From the IMG/VR virus record IMGVR_UViG_3300022074_005559: a stretch of DNA of 64,000 nt. One strand, 5' to 3'. The stretch comes from a virus. Its lineage: Duplodnaviria; Caudoviricetes. The notes beneath the pieces are model-generated. The model did no database searches and had not been told where the DNA came from. It worked only from the letters and a program-made list of their open reading frames with translations. The position numbers and the translations under genes are program-made. This document shows positions 37,633-46,502 of this stretch, one piece after another; position 1 is the stretch's first letter, and each line of letters opens with the position of its first letter.

Positions 37633-40137
37633 ATGCGACCAATAGAAAACATATCACAAGAACTATTTGATAAGATTCGTAGTAGAGTTAGCAGTATTCG
37701 CTTAGGCGATGAAACTGGTGCAGTCACTACAGATCCAAAACAAGCACGTTTCTTTGAGTTTAACTTTAAACACAGAAACTTACCAGTAGGTGCAGTAACA
37801 ATAAGCCTCAATGAAGAAGGCGTATTGCAAGTATACTTCCCAAACAGCATGGTGGAAGATGTAGACACAAACACAGCAAATGCTTGGTACGGCTTTCTCA
37901 AAGAACTAAGCAAGTTCAGTGCAAGAAATATGCTTAACTATGAAACACATAACGTAACAAAAGAACGACTTGATAAGAAAGATTATCAGTTTTTAACACA
38001 ACGTAGCCAGGACGAAGTGATGGAAAACAAAATGTATGGAACCAGCCAAAAGAGTTTCTTAGAACAAGGAACCGCAAAACTTATTATTCAACATGATAAG
38101 ACAGTAGACGAAACTAAGATGGGTGCGAGAAGCCGCAACATCAAAGCAATCTACATTGAGAATGCAGACGGCGAACGCTTTAAGTTTGCTAATAACTATC
38201 TGCCAGGTGCGAGAGCAATGGCAAGACACATTAGCAACGAAGGTCACACTCGTGATGAACGAGGTGGACATATTGTAAGCATAATGCATGAAATGAATGA
38301 CCTTAAAACATTTGTTCGTGCTATTAAGCGTGAAGATTATGTCACAGATGAACAAAACGAAATCATTGAAGCCGCAACAGACAGATACTATGGTTTGAAA
38401 GATACGCTAAAAAGCCTGGCAAGTGCAAATGGTTATCAATCTTACTTTGAAAACTGGGTTCCAGAAGCAGTAGAAGATGAAGGCGATTTAGACGATCTTA
38501 AAGAAAAACTAACTCGTACAGTGTATGACGAACGTCTTACAACTGCGCTACCAGCAGTACGTCGTGCTATGGAACAACGTTCACAAATGCGTGAAGCAAA
38601 TGATGAAGAAGCACTAAAGATGGCAATGAGCGATGAGCCCATTGAAATCTTTGATAATGAAGCAGACATGGCTGAAATCAAAAACTACATGCAGTACATT
38701 AAAAACAGTGATATGGAAGCACAGCGTAAGAATCAAGCACTAGTAGTTGCTATTGTGCGTTTCCTAGTTAAGAATAGTACTAATGACAATCTTGCTAATG
38801 CAATGAGTGAGTTTGATGTAGAAAACAAAAAGCACATGGCAGCAGGCTATGCACTTGCTAAGAAGTTTATCCAAGGCAAGTACGAAGTCAAACAGAAGGC
38901 TGCTAAGAAAGATTTGTACGGCAAAGAGAAGTCTGAGAGTGTAACATTTGAATCATTTGAACAGAGCATGGATATGATTGCAGAAGGCACTTGGCATTTG
39001 TTTAGTACAGAGGAAGAGATTAAAGACTTCCTTGACCTTCTCAAACAACCTCTTAAAGCAGGAGAAGATGGCGAAGATGCTATCAATGCTGTAATGAAGT
39101 TTGTAGGTGATGACGATATGTTGGATGACATAGCTGTGTTTGTAGAGAAAAATGGTGCTGACAGAGATGCTCGTCCGGTGATCATTAAGTGGCTCGAAAA
39201 TAATCAATACGGTGGTCGTTACAGATATCCAGAACAGTATACAGACGCAATCAAAGCAGTGCTTGCTGGTTTGAAAGGCAAAGCAGAAAGTGTAGAAGAA
39301 GCAGAGATTGAATTAGAACCAGGATATACTATTAAAACAGACAAGCCAGGGGAATTCAAAGGCACCAAAACAACTACAGGATATGTAGGTGGCAAAGGTG
39401 GCGAAGTAATGTACAAAGCAAACAGAATTTTAGATAAAATTGAAAAGGAAGATCCTGCAACCGACGAGCAAGTAAAAGAACTTTTCATTAAATATGCTGG
39501 TGGTGAAGACAAAGCAGTCAAGACAAAGGTTATGAAAGCACTTAGAGAACTTGGATGGTTTGAGGGTGCTACAGAAAGTGTAGAAGAAGGTCGCATGAGT
39601 GATGTAGCACAAGAGATTGATGAAGTGGCTGCAGAAATGGAACAAAACGACACGTTAGCACCATTTGTAGATGACTTTATTACTATGGCTAAAAAGACTT
39701 ATGATATTAAAGCAGCACTAGAAGCAGTACTACCAGACTATGTTCCAGGTAATATGATTAAAGATTTAGTAGGCGAAGCAGTTGAAGAAGATGTAACTGA
39801 ATCTATGTGTTCACTAAAGTGTAAGCATTGCGGTGATATGCTAGGACAACCTACAACAGATTGTCCTTGTGACAGCATGGATCCAAAAGGTGACCATTGG
39901 GAAATGGTAGACATTGATGGAGACGGTGACGACGACATTGCATTTGCAAAAGAAGAAATAGAAGAAGTAGATGAAGCAACGGAAAGTCTTGCTAAGTTGA
40001 AGGCAATGGCTGGCGTAGGGTCAAAGTTCAGAAGTAATCATGGGATACACGAAGGCGAAGAGGGATACCAACTCACACCAAGAAGTATAGTGGCACGAGA
40101 ACTAAGGAAACTACAGGACATTGAAAAAGACTCATAA
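37633..40137 (+). CDS. Large acidic hypothetical virion protein (834 aa)
   Basis: ATG 5 nt after CATAAATA; repeated ESVEE/EAVEE sites; LKAMAG motif. Confidence 0.75.
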   Translation: MRPIENISQELFDKIRSRVSSIRLGDETGAVTTDPKQARFFEFNFKHRNLPVGAVTISLNEEGVLQVYFPNSMVEDVDTNTANAWYGFLKELSKFSARNMLNYETHNVTKERLDKKDYQFLTQRSQDEVMENKMYGTSQKSFLEQGTAKLIIQHDKTVDETKMGARSRNIKAIYIENADGERFKFANNYLPGARAMARHISNEGHTRDERGGHIVSIMHEMNDLKTFVRAIKREDYVTDEQNEIIEAATDRYYGLKDTLKSLASANGYQSYFENWVPEAVEDEGDLDDLKEKLTRTVYDERLTTALPAVRRAMEQRSQMREANDEEALKMAMSDEPIEIFDNEADMAEIKNYMQYIKNSDMEAQRKNQALVVAIVRFLVKNSTNDNLANAMSEFDVENKKHMAAGYALAKKFIQGKYEVKQKAAKKDLYGKEKSESVTFESFEQSMDMIAEGTWHLFSTEEEIKDFLDLLKQPLKAGEDGEDAINAVMKFVGDDDMLDDIAVFVEKNGADRDARPVIIKWLENNQYGGRYRYPEQYTDAIKAVLAGLKGKAESVEEAEIELEPGYTIKTDKPGEFKGTKTTTGYVGGKGGEVMYKANRILDKIEKEDPATDEQVKELFIKYAGGEDKAVKTKVMKALRELGWFEGATESVEEGRMSDVAQEIDEVAAEMEQNDTLAPFVDDFITMAKKTYDIKAALEAVLPDYVPGNMIKDLVGEAVEEDVTESMCSLKCKHCGDMLGQPTTDCPCDSMDPKGDHWEMVDIDGDGDDDIAFAKEEIEEVDEATESLAKLKAMAGVGSKFRSNHGIHEGEEGYQLTPRSIVARELRKLQDIEKDS

Positions 40138-40154
40138 ACAATAGTATACGGAAG

Positions 40155-40184
40155 AAAAGCAGTGCTTAGGCACTGCTTTTTTTT
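40155..40184 (+). terminator. Intrinsic terminator
   Basis: AAAAGCAGTGC-TTAG-GCACTGCTTTT followed by further Ts. Confidence 0.9.
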
Positions 40185-40209
40185 ATTCAAAAAAACCTAA
40201 AAAAAAATG

Positions 40210-40248
40210 TTGACTTGATAAATAAAATAGCATATACTGTAACAGTAT
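40210..40248 (+). promoter_or_regulatory. Composite gp32 promoter: TTGACT-N17-TATACT with late GATAAATA in the spacer and an inverted repeat over the -10
   Basis: TTGACT 40210-40215, GATAAATA 40217-40224, TATACT 40233-40238, ATACTGT-a-ACAGTAT 40234-40248. Confidence 0.75.
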
Positions 40249-40253
40249 TTGCA

Positions 40254-40288
40254 AATAGGCACATACAATACATGACAATAGGCACATA
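40254..40288 (+). repeat. Direct repeat AATAGGCACATA x2 in the gp32 leader
   Basis: 40254-40265 and 40277-40288, immediately before SD AGGAG. Confidence 0.85.
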
Positions 40289-40302
40289 TAGGAGAAAATA
40301 TT

Positions 40303-41292
40303 ATGGCATCTTTGGCAGAAATTAGAGCAAAACTAAAGTCTCAAGAATCACGCAGTGAGCGTACAGGCGGCGGCGACAACGCAATCTTCCCACATTGGAA
40401 TATCCCAGAAGGCACAACGGCAGCAGTACGTTTTTTGCCTGACGGCGATCCTAACAACACATTTTTCTGGGCTGAAAGGCTTATGATTCGTTTACCTTTT
40501 AACGGAGTTAAAGGTGATATGAACAGTAAGCCAGTAGTGGTTCAAGTTCCATGTGTAGAGATGTGGAACGAAACATGTCCTGTACTAACAGAAGTTCGTG
40601 GTTGGTTCAAAGACTCGTCACTAGAAGAAATGGGACGTAAGTATTGGAAGAAGCGTAGTTATATCTTCCAAGGCTTTGTAAACGAAAACCCACTTCAAGA
40701 AGATACACCTGAGAATCCGATTCGCAGATTTGTTATCTCACCAAGCATCTTTAACTTGATTAAGGACGCACTTATGGATCCGGATATTCAAGAAATGCCA
40801 ACAGATTATACTGCTGGTCTAGATTTCCGTATCACAAAAACCACTAAGGGACAGTATGCAGATTACAGCACCAGTAAATGGGCTCGTAAAGAAACTGCAC
40901 TATCTGAACAGCAAATGGCGGCTATTGAAACACATGGTCTTCATACACTTAGTGACTTCCTTCCTAAGAAACCTACTGAAGTAGAATTACAGTGCATCAA
41001 AGAGATGTTCGAAGCAAGTGTAGATGGACAGCCCTATGACGTTGAACGTTTTGGGCAATACTATCGTCCATACGGTATTGACGCTCCTGCGAGTTCCTCA
41101 AACTCTAGTACGTCTACAGCACCAGCGGCAACTACCCCAGCACCTGCTCCGGCAGCAACTCCAACACCTGTAGCAGAGGCTCCTGTTCCTGCACCACAAA
41201 CTGAAACTGTGGCAGCACCAGCGGCAGCACCTGAAGGTGAAAGCAAGCGGGCAGAAGACATCCTAGCGATGATCCGTAACCGCCAATCATAA
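40303..41292 (+). CDS. gp32: Single-stranded DNA-binding protein
   Basis: AAVRFLP, CPVL.EVRGWF, KYWKKRSY, GLDFRITK, YADYSTSKW; Pro/Ala linker and short C-terminal tail. Confidence 0.9.
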   Translation: MASLAEIRAKLKSQESRSERTGGGDNAIFPHWNIPEGTTAAVRFLPDGDPNNTFFWAERLMIRLPFNGVKGDMNSKPVVVQVPCVEMWNETCPVLTEVRGWFKDSSLEEMGRKYWKKRSYIFQGFVNENPLQEDTPENPIRRFVISPSIFNLIKDALMDPDIQEMPTDYTAGLDFRITKTTKGQYADYSTSKWARKETALSEQQMAAIETHGLHTLSDFLPKKPTEVELQCIKEMFEASVDGQPYDVERFGQYYRPYGIDAPASSSNSSTSTAPAATTPAPAPAATPTPVAEAPVPAPQTETVAAPAAAPEGESKRAEDILAMIRNRQS

Positions 41293-41302
41293 GACTAAGT
41301 AA

Positions 41303-41326
41303 GGACGAGCAAGGAATTGCTCGTCC
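41303..41326 (+). other. Perfect 10-bp hairpin with a GGAA (GNRA) loop and no U-tract
   Basis: GGACGAGCAA-GGAA-TTGCTCGTCC between gp32 and uvsX. Confidence 0.7.
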
Positions 41327-41350
41327 ATTCTATTCAGAAAGGAAATTTTA

Positions 41351-42430
41351 ATGGCAAAGCCGTTTGACGTAAGTAAATTTAGAAAAGACATTACAAAGAG
41401 CATTGATGGACTAAGCATTGGTTTTCATGATCCTACAGACTGGATCAGTACTGGCAGTTATGCACTTAACTATCTTGTAAGTGGAGACTTTTACAAGGGT
41501 GTGCCTATGGGTAAAGTTACAGTGTTTGCTGGTGAATCGGGCGCAGGCAAGAGTTACTTTGCTAGTGGCAACATTATTAGAGCCGCACAGGAACAAGGTA
41601 TTTTTGTTGTGGTAATCGACAGTGAAAACGCACTAGATGAAAGTTGGCTACATGCACTTGGCGTTGACACAGATGAAAGCAAACTGCTTAAACTAAGCAT
41701 GAGCATGATTGATGACGTTGCTAAAACGTTTAGCACATTCATGGCAGACTACAAAGCAATGGCAGAGGAAGATCGTCCTAAGGTACTATTTGTACTGGAT
41801 AGTTTAGGCATGATGATGACACCTACTGATGTTGACCAGTTTAATAAAGGCGACATGAAAGGTGACATGGGACGTAAACCTAAGGCACTAACTAGTCTTG
41901 TGCGTAACACAGTAAACATGATTGGCAGTTATAACGTTGGTATGGTGTGTACTAACCACACATACGCTTCACAGGACATGTTTGATCCAGATGACAAGAT
42001 CAGTGGCGGACAAGGCTTTATCTATGCAAGTAGTATTGTTATTGCAATGCGTAAACTAAAACTAAAAGAAGACCTAGATGGCAATAAAACTACTACTGTA
42101 AATGGTATTCGTGCAGCGTGTAAGGTTATGAAAACACGTTATGCAAAGCCGTTTGAAGCAGTACAGGTTAAGATTCCATATGAAACAGGCATGGATCCCT
42201 ATAGTGGATTACTTGACTTGTTTGAAGCAAAAGGTATGCTAACTAAACAGGGCAATCGACTAAAGTATACAACTACCGCAGGCGAAGAAATGCTAGAGTT
42301 TCGTAAAGGATGGACAGGAGATAAACTTCAGGTTATTATGGATGACATTTCTAACGCAGATGGACTAAGTATTGATGACATTGTTGAGCAAACAGTGACA
42401 GAACCGGAGGAAGTAACATCTGATGAATGA
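41351..42430 (+). CDS. uvsX: RecA-like recombinase UvsX
   Basis: WISTGSYALN, Walker A GESGAGKS, DSENALD, FVLDSLG, TNHTY, GGQGFIYASS. Confidence 0.95.
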   Translation: MAKPFDVSKFRKDITKSIDGLSIGFHDPTDWISTGSYALNYLVSGDFYKGVPMGKVTVFAGESGAGKSYFASGNIIRAAQEQGIFVVVIDSENALDESWLHALGVDTDESKLLKLSMSMIDDVAKTFSTFMADYKAMAEEDRPKVLFVLDSLGMMMTPTDVDQFNKGDMKGDMGRKPKALTSLVRNTVNMIGSYNVGMVCTNHTYASQDMFDPDDKISGGQGFIYASSIVIAMRKLKLKEDLDGNKTTTVNGIRAACKVMKTRYAKPFEAVQVKIPYETGMDPYSGLLDLFEAKGMLTKQGNRLKYTTTAGEEMLEFRKGWTGDKLQVIMDDISNADGLSIDDIVEQTVTEPEEVTSDE

Positions 42431-42647
42431 AGATATCTTTAAATCGATATATAGTGTACTCAAACAATATATTCCTGCAAAAGATTTACAACAAGCAACA
42501 GATCATCTTGTAGATGATGCACAAGAGTTTTTAGAAGAAGATGAACTGTATAGACTAGCAGGACTTGACAAGCATATGAAAGCAAGTGTTAGCGAGATTA
42601 TTGGCGAGCCAGACTTTGATCATGAAGACGAGGACCTAGACTATTGA
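42423..42647 (+). CDS. Small acidic hypothetical protein
   Basis: Coupled between uvsX and uvsY. Confidence 0.65.
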   Translation: MNEDIFKSIYSVLKQYIPAKDLQQATDHLVDDAQEFLEEDELYRLAGLDKHMKASVSEIIGEPDFDHEDEDLDY

Positions 42648-43105
42648 GTCAATGGTATAATAGAGTAGTAAACAATCTTGTTGAGATTCCTAAGTTCATT
42701 AGTTACTATGAAAGTGAACTAGAAGAAGCAAAGCATGAGTGTAATGTTAAAGGTATTGTAGAAAAAAATATCACTGCACTGCCAGGTATAACCGAGCATC
42801 GTTTCAATCAACTTCAAGAGATTGAAGCAGTGCTTAACTACTTAAACATACAACTTCGTAAGATTAGACGCAAGCATTTCCAAAAATATTTGGAAGGATA
42901 TGCCCGTGCGTTAACAAGTCGCGATGCTGAAAAGTATGTTGATGGCGAGGATGAGGTCATTGACTTTGAAACTATTATTAACGAAGTAGCACTGTTGCGC
43001 AATAGATGGCTAGGCATAATGAAAGGCTTAGATACTAAGCAGTGGCAGATGGGACATGTTGTTAGACTTAGAACAGCAGGCATGGAAGATATCAGGATAG
43101 ATTAA
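42644..43105 (+). CDS. uvsY: Recombination mediator UvsY-like
   Basis: FQKYLEGYARALTSRDAEKYVDGE, LLRNRWLGIMKGLD.KQWQM. Confidence 0.75.
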   Translation: MSQWYNRVVNNLVEIPKFISYYESELEEAKHECNVKGIVEKNITALPGITEHRFNQLQEIEAVLNYLNIQLRKIRRKHFQKYLEGYARALTSRDAEKYVDGEDEVIDFETIINEVALLRNRWLGIMKGLDTKQWQMGHVVRLRTAGMEDIRID

Positions 43106-43518
43106 TGGACTTATTTCAACAAGTAGAATTTATATCACACGCAGGCATTCCAATGACATGGAAGATCGAAATGGATGCGCTCACAGATGCCGAATGGGCA
43201 GCTTGTGCAAAAATGGTTATGGAATATCAAAAACGTCCTTTCTACAAAGCAGTAGGAATTCCACGTGGCGGTGTTAAGTTTGCAAATGCACTTAACAAAT
43301 ACGCCAGTGGAGATCCCAACGATGAAGTGATGGTTGTTGATGATGTTTACACTACTGGTACAAGTTTCCGTGAATTTATTGCAGAGAACTATCCTATGTG
43401 GACAATGCAACAAGGTTTTCGTTGGTGTGTGTTTGCTCGCAAACCAAGTGATACTATAGAAGGTGGATTTGTAAAAGCTCTGTTTACTATGCCAGAAGCA
43501 ACGAACCAATATGATTAA
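43105..43518 (+). CDS. Type I phosphoribosyltransferase (PyrE-like, short)
   Basis: GIPRGG and PRPP loop VVDDVYTTGTS. Confidence 0.75.
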   Translation: MDLFQQVEFISHAGIPMTWKIEMDALTDAEWAACAKMVMEYQKRPFYKAVGIPRGGVKFANALNKYASGDPNDEVMVVDDVYTTGTSFREFIAENYPMWTMQQGFRWCVFARKPSDTIEGGFVKALFTMPEATNQYD

Positions 43519-44032
43519 GCAGTACATCAAAAGTTATCCAGACTTTCCCAAAGAGGGTGTAGACTTTAAATGTACAGCAAGTTTATGTGCAGGCGAAGGT
43601 TTAAGACTTGTAAACAACTATATGTATGATAACCTTTTGAAGTACATGCCTTGCGATAAGATTATAGGCTTAGATGCCCGTGGTTTTATATTTGGCGCAG
43701 TGCTAGCACATCGCACACGCTGTCCACTTGTACTGTGCCGCAAGCAGGGCAAACTACCTGGTGCTACCGTAAGCAACACATTTGAACTTGAATACGGTAC
43801 TGCTACAATGGAAATACAAAAAGATAGTATCAACAGAGGCGATAGAGTAATCATTATAGACGACTTGATGGCTACTGGCGGTACTATGCAAGCCGCGATT
43901 GATATGATATATGAACTTCATGCCACTCCTGTTGCAGTCGCAGTCGCAATGGATCTAAGTTACCTAAATGGTAGCAAACGTATCAAAGAACAAGGAATAC
44001 CTTTTTATGCAGCAACAGAATATCAATCCTGA
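43511..44032 (+). CDS. apt: Adenine phosphoribosyltransferase
   Basis: YPDFPKEGVDFK, GLDARGFIFG, RKQGKLPG, LEYG, IIDDLMATGGT. Confidence 0.9.
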   Translation: MIKQYIKSYPDFPKEGVDFKCTASLCAGEGLRLVNNYMYDNLLKYMPCDKIIGLDARGFIFGAVLAHRTRCPLVLCRKQGKLPGATVSNTFELEYGTATMEIQKDSINRGDRVIIIDDLMATGGTMQAAIDMIYELHATPVAVAVAMDLSYLNGSKRIKEQGIPFYAATEYQS

Positions 44033-44756
44033 CCACAGTCTACTAACACTAGAAGCACTAAATGAGTTTGACGACTTCAAGGCAAGTATTAAACACATGG
44101 CAGACTTTGGTTGCGGTAAAGGACTTGATCTAGAGTACTGGGGGAATATGCGTGAGAACACAGAACAAGGCCCAGGTAGATACTTGGATTTTAACTGTGT
44201 AGGCTTTGATTTAAATGCAGAAAGCAATAAACCAAGTCGCAAAAATATCAAATACAAAAACTTTGATTTAAACAGCAGTGATCCTATGTGGAGTGTTCCA
44301 TTTGATTTGATTTGGTGTAACAACACAATGCAATACTTACACAGTCCTGTTGAGTTTTTAGGCAGAGTAAACAAAAATCTCAGCATGGGTGGGATGCTGT
44401 ACTTGTGTGTTCCTAGCACAATAAATGTACTGCATCATAGGTTTCAAAACTATACTCCTGCAGGACATTTGAATACTTTCACTGTTACACAAATAATCTA
44501 CTTGCTAGCTCTTAACGGATTCGACGTAAAAGACTTTTATTTACAAAAACGTAAGTTTGAGGATATTATACAAGTGATTGTATACAAAGAGCGCGAACCT
44601 CTGCCTTATAATACTACATGGTACGAGCTAGTAGACAAAGACATCCTCAATGATGAAATGAAAGAGATCGTGCTTAAAAACAATGTACTTACAGACTTGG
44701 GTGTAGTTACTACTTGGGTAGATGGCACAGTACAAGACTATAGATGGCACACCTAA
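44007..44756 (+). CDS. Class I SAM-dependent methyltransferase
   Basis: ADFGCGKG, VGFDL, FDLIWC, GGMLYLCVP. Confidence 0.8.
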   Translation: MQQQNINPDHSLLTLEALNEFDDFKASIKHMADFGCGKGLDLEYWGNMRENTEQGPGRYLDFNCVGFDLNAESNKPSRKNIKYKNFDLNSSDPMWSVPFDLIWCNNTMQYLHSPVEFLGRVNKNLSMGGMLYLCVPSTINVLHHRFQNYTPAGHLNTFTVTQIIYLLALNGFDVKDFYLQKRKFEDIIQVIVYKEREPLPYNTTWYELVDKDILNDEMKEIVLKNNVLTDLGVVTTWVDGTVQDYRWHT

Positions 44757-45607
44757 AGTTTATTGCGAATTCTATTCCACTGCACACCTATCTCATCAGC
44801 AAACCATTCAGTATATGTCATACGATTTAACCAGTTGTGTCTATCAGGCTTGCTTAACCATTCTCCCATGCTAGTACCTACTTCATATGCTAAACTACTT
44901 TCACTTACTACTGCAGGCACACCTTGTATAACGCTAGTAATGCCAGCGTTGCTACTATGACTAACAGTAAAGTGTGTGTGCTTGAGCATATGTTCTAAAT
45001 CAAAACTGTCATAGGTTTGTTGTACATGCTTGGGTATATTCCATGTTACACCTTGATCCTTGTACCATTGCATATCGCAGTTCCAGTGCAGAGATTCTCT
45101 ATAGCGAGGATGACTGCGAACAACTATAGGTTTGTCTGTAACTTTGCGCACTTCTTGGATAGTATTACGATAGTAATAATCCATAACAGGCATATTGCGC
45201 CATTGCTCACTGCACCCATGTTGTCCACATATTAGCACATACTCGCCTTCTTGTTGCCATGGCTGTAACACAATGCCAAACTTGCTTAGTCTGTCGTCAG
45301 GCATGTAAGCATCTACAGCAAAGTCTGCATCTCTGTTGATCCCGTTTATACCCAACTTCCAAGTAGTGTTGCGTATAAGCCCGCCCACTTCAATGACAAT
45401 GATTGGCTTGTTTTGTGCGCGGTAATGATCCCATACACGTTTGTTAGCACTCATCTTTCCATACCATAGCACACTCCATATAAGTGCTGCATCAGCATCC
45501 ATGCTACCTTCAACAAGTGTGTCTGTTTGTTGTATAGCATCTACAAGTTGTGGATATACTTCTTGTGCATTGTTTGGTAAGTTATTTGGGAAGTGCGCTA
45601 TCTTCAT
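44753..45607 (-). CDS. KpsS/KpsC (Capsule_synth, GT107)-like protein
   Basis: YVLICGQ, IVVRSHP, SHSSNAGITSVIQGVPAV. Confidence 0.6.
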   Translation of the reverse strand: MKIAHFPNNLPNNAQEVYPQLVDAIQQTDTLVEGSMDADAALIWSVLWYGKMSANKRVWDHYRAQNKPIIVIEVGGLIRNTTWKLGINGINRDADFAVDAYMPDDRLSKFGIVLQPWQQEGEYVLICGQHGCSEQWRNMPVMDYYYRNTIQEVRKVTDKPIVVRSHPRYRESLHWNCDMQWYKDQGVTWNIPKHVQQTYDSFDLEHMLKHTHFTVSHSSNAGITSVIQGVPAVVSESSLAYEVGTSMGEWLSKPDRHNWLNRMTYTEWFADEIGVQWNRIRNKL

Positions 45608-46478
45608 CTTTGACTCTCTGTATGTTTTCCTCACTAATAGGAAACTCTGGTAAAACTTTCTGCAAGTATTCTAAATGCAGTAAAGGTGTAGGATGATGGT
45701 CAACACGTTCCCATAACCTAAACTTCGTGATTTCCTCTAGGGTTTCTGCATTCATTTTGTCTAATAAAAAACTGGTACTACGGCTGTGACGATCGATGTT
45801 TCCTTGTTCTAAATCTTGTATTGTAGGCAGTATACTGTCCTCAGGATTTTGATCGTAAAAATAGTTATCTGGAACATATAACTGTTCATACCAACTGCGA
45901 TCCTTTACAAGCTCACTGCGTCTGTTATACCAGTTTCCTTTGTAAACAACATCCAACATGCTAGGACGAACTTGATCAAAAAACCTTTGATATTTACGTT
46001 TATATAGACTTACTGTGTCATTGTTTAGTACTTGTTGTGTCCAACTTAACCGTAGATATTCTTTTGCATTGTCCAGTGGCATCATACTAGTGAATATGTA
46101 TTGACATCCTGTGTGTTCTAATGCTAAAAGTGCTGCAGATATATGTGCGCAATCTCTTATAAAAAAGCCTACAGGATCTACATACTCCATAAAGCCGTCA
46201 TTGTATGTGTTTTGATTATATATACAACCAGGTGCAATCCAGTCGTCTCCTACATAACGGTCTTCTCTAATCGTATTGCTCCACATGACTATAACAGTGC
46301 TTGATTCTGATATCTTGCGTTCTGCTATACATTGTAGTATACTATTGAAAATGTAAGTGTTACCTGCGCCACCTCTGCCGTGATTTTCAGAGTAATCAAA
46401 CTCTCTGCCTAAGATGTCCGCCCAGGTGCTCCAGTTATAGCTCGTAAAACTACAACCAAACGTAAAAAGTTCACTCAT
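45582..46478 (-). CDS. SGNH/GDSL-like hydrolase or acyltransferase
   Basis: FTFGCSFT, NHGRGGAGN, VIVMWS, DHHPT..LH. Confidence 0.6.
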   Translation of the reverse strand: MSELFTFGCSFTSYNWSTWADILGREFDYSENHGRGGAGNTYIFNSILQCIAERKISESSTVIVMWSNTIREDRYVGDDWIAPGCIYNQNTYNDGFMEYVDPVGFFIRDCAHISAALLALEHTGCQYIFTSMMPLDNAKEYLRLSWTQQVLNNDTVSLYKRKYQRFFDQVRPSMLDVVYKGNWYNRRSELVKDRSWYEQLYVPDNYFYDQNPEDSILPTIQDLEQGNIDRHSRSTSFLLDKMNAETLEEITKFRLWERVDHHPTPLLHLEYLQKVLPEFPISEENIQRVKDEDSALPK

Positions 46479-46502
46479 GTTTAAGGACCGATAAATAGTT
46501 AT

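Noticed and set aside
37633-40137. Tape measure protein
   Set aside because: It is acidic, segmented and next to terminase rather than the tube genes, and lacks the long Ala/Gly-rich amphipathic repeats expected of a tape measure.
1619-40248. ACTGT/ACAGT inverted repeats at the three N17 promoters read as LexA boxes
   Set aside because: Spacing and orientation differ (N7 reversed at 1619, N4 at 23811, N1 at 40236) and none fits CTGT-N8-ACAG.
41303-41326. Terminator between gp32 and uvsX
   Set aside because: The stem is perfect but has no U-tract on either strand; it is more likely a stabilising or processing hairpin, so it is listed as 'other'.
36053-42430. Inteins or introns in terminase, gp32 or UvsX
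   Set aside because: Lengths are normal, motifs are contiguous, and no C...HN splice signatures or frame breaks were seen.
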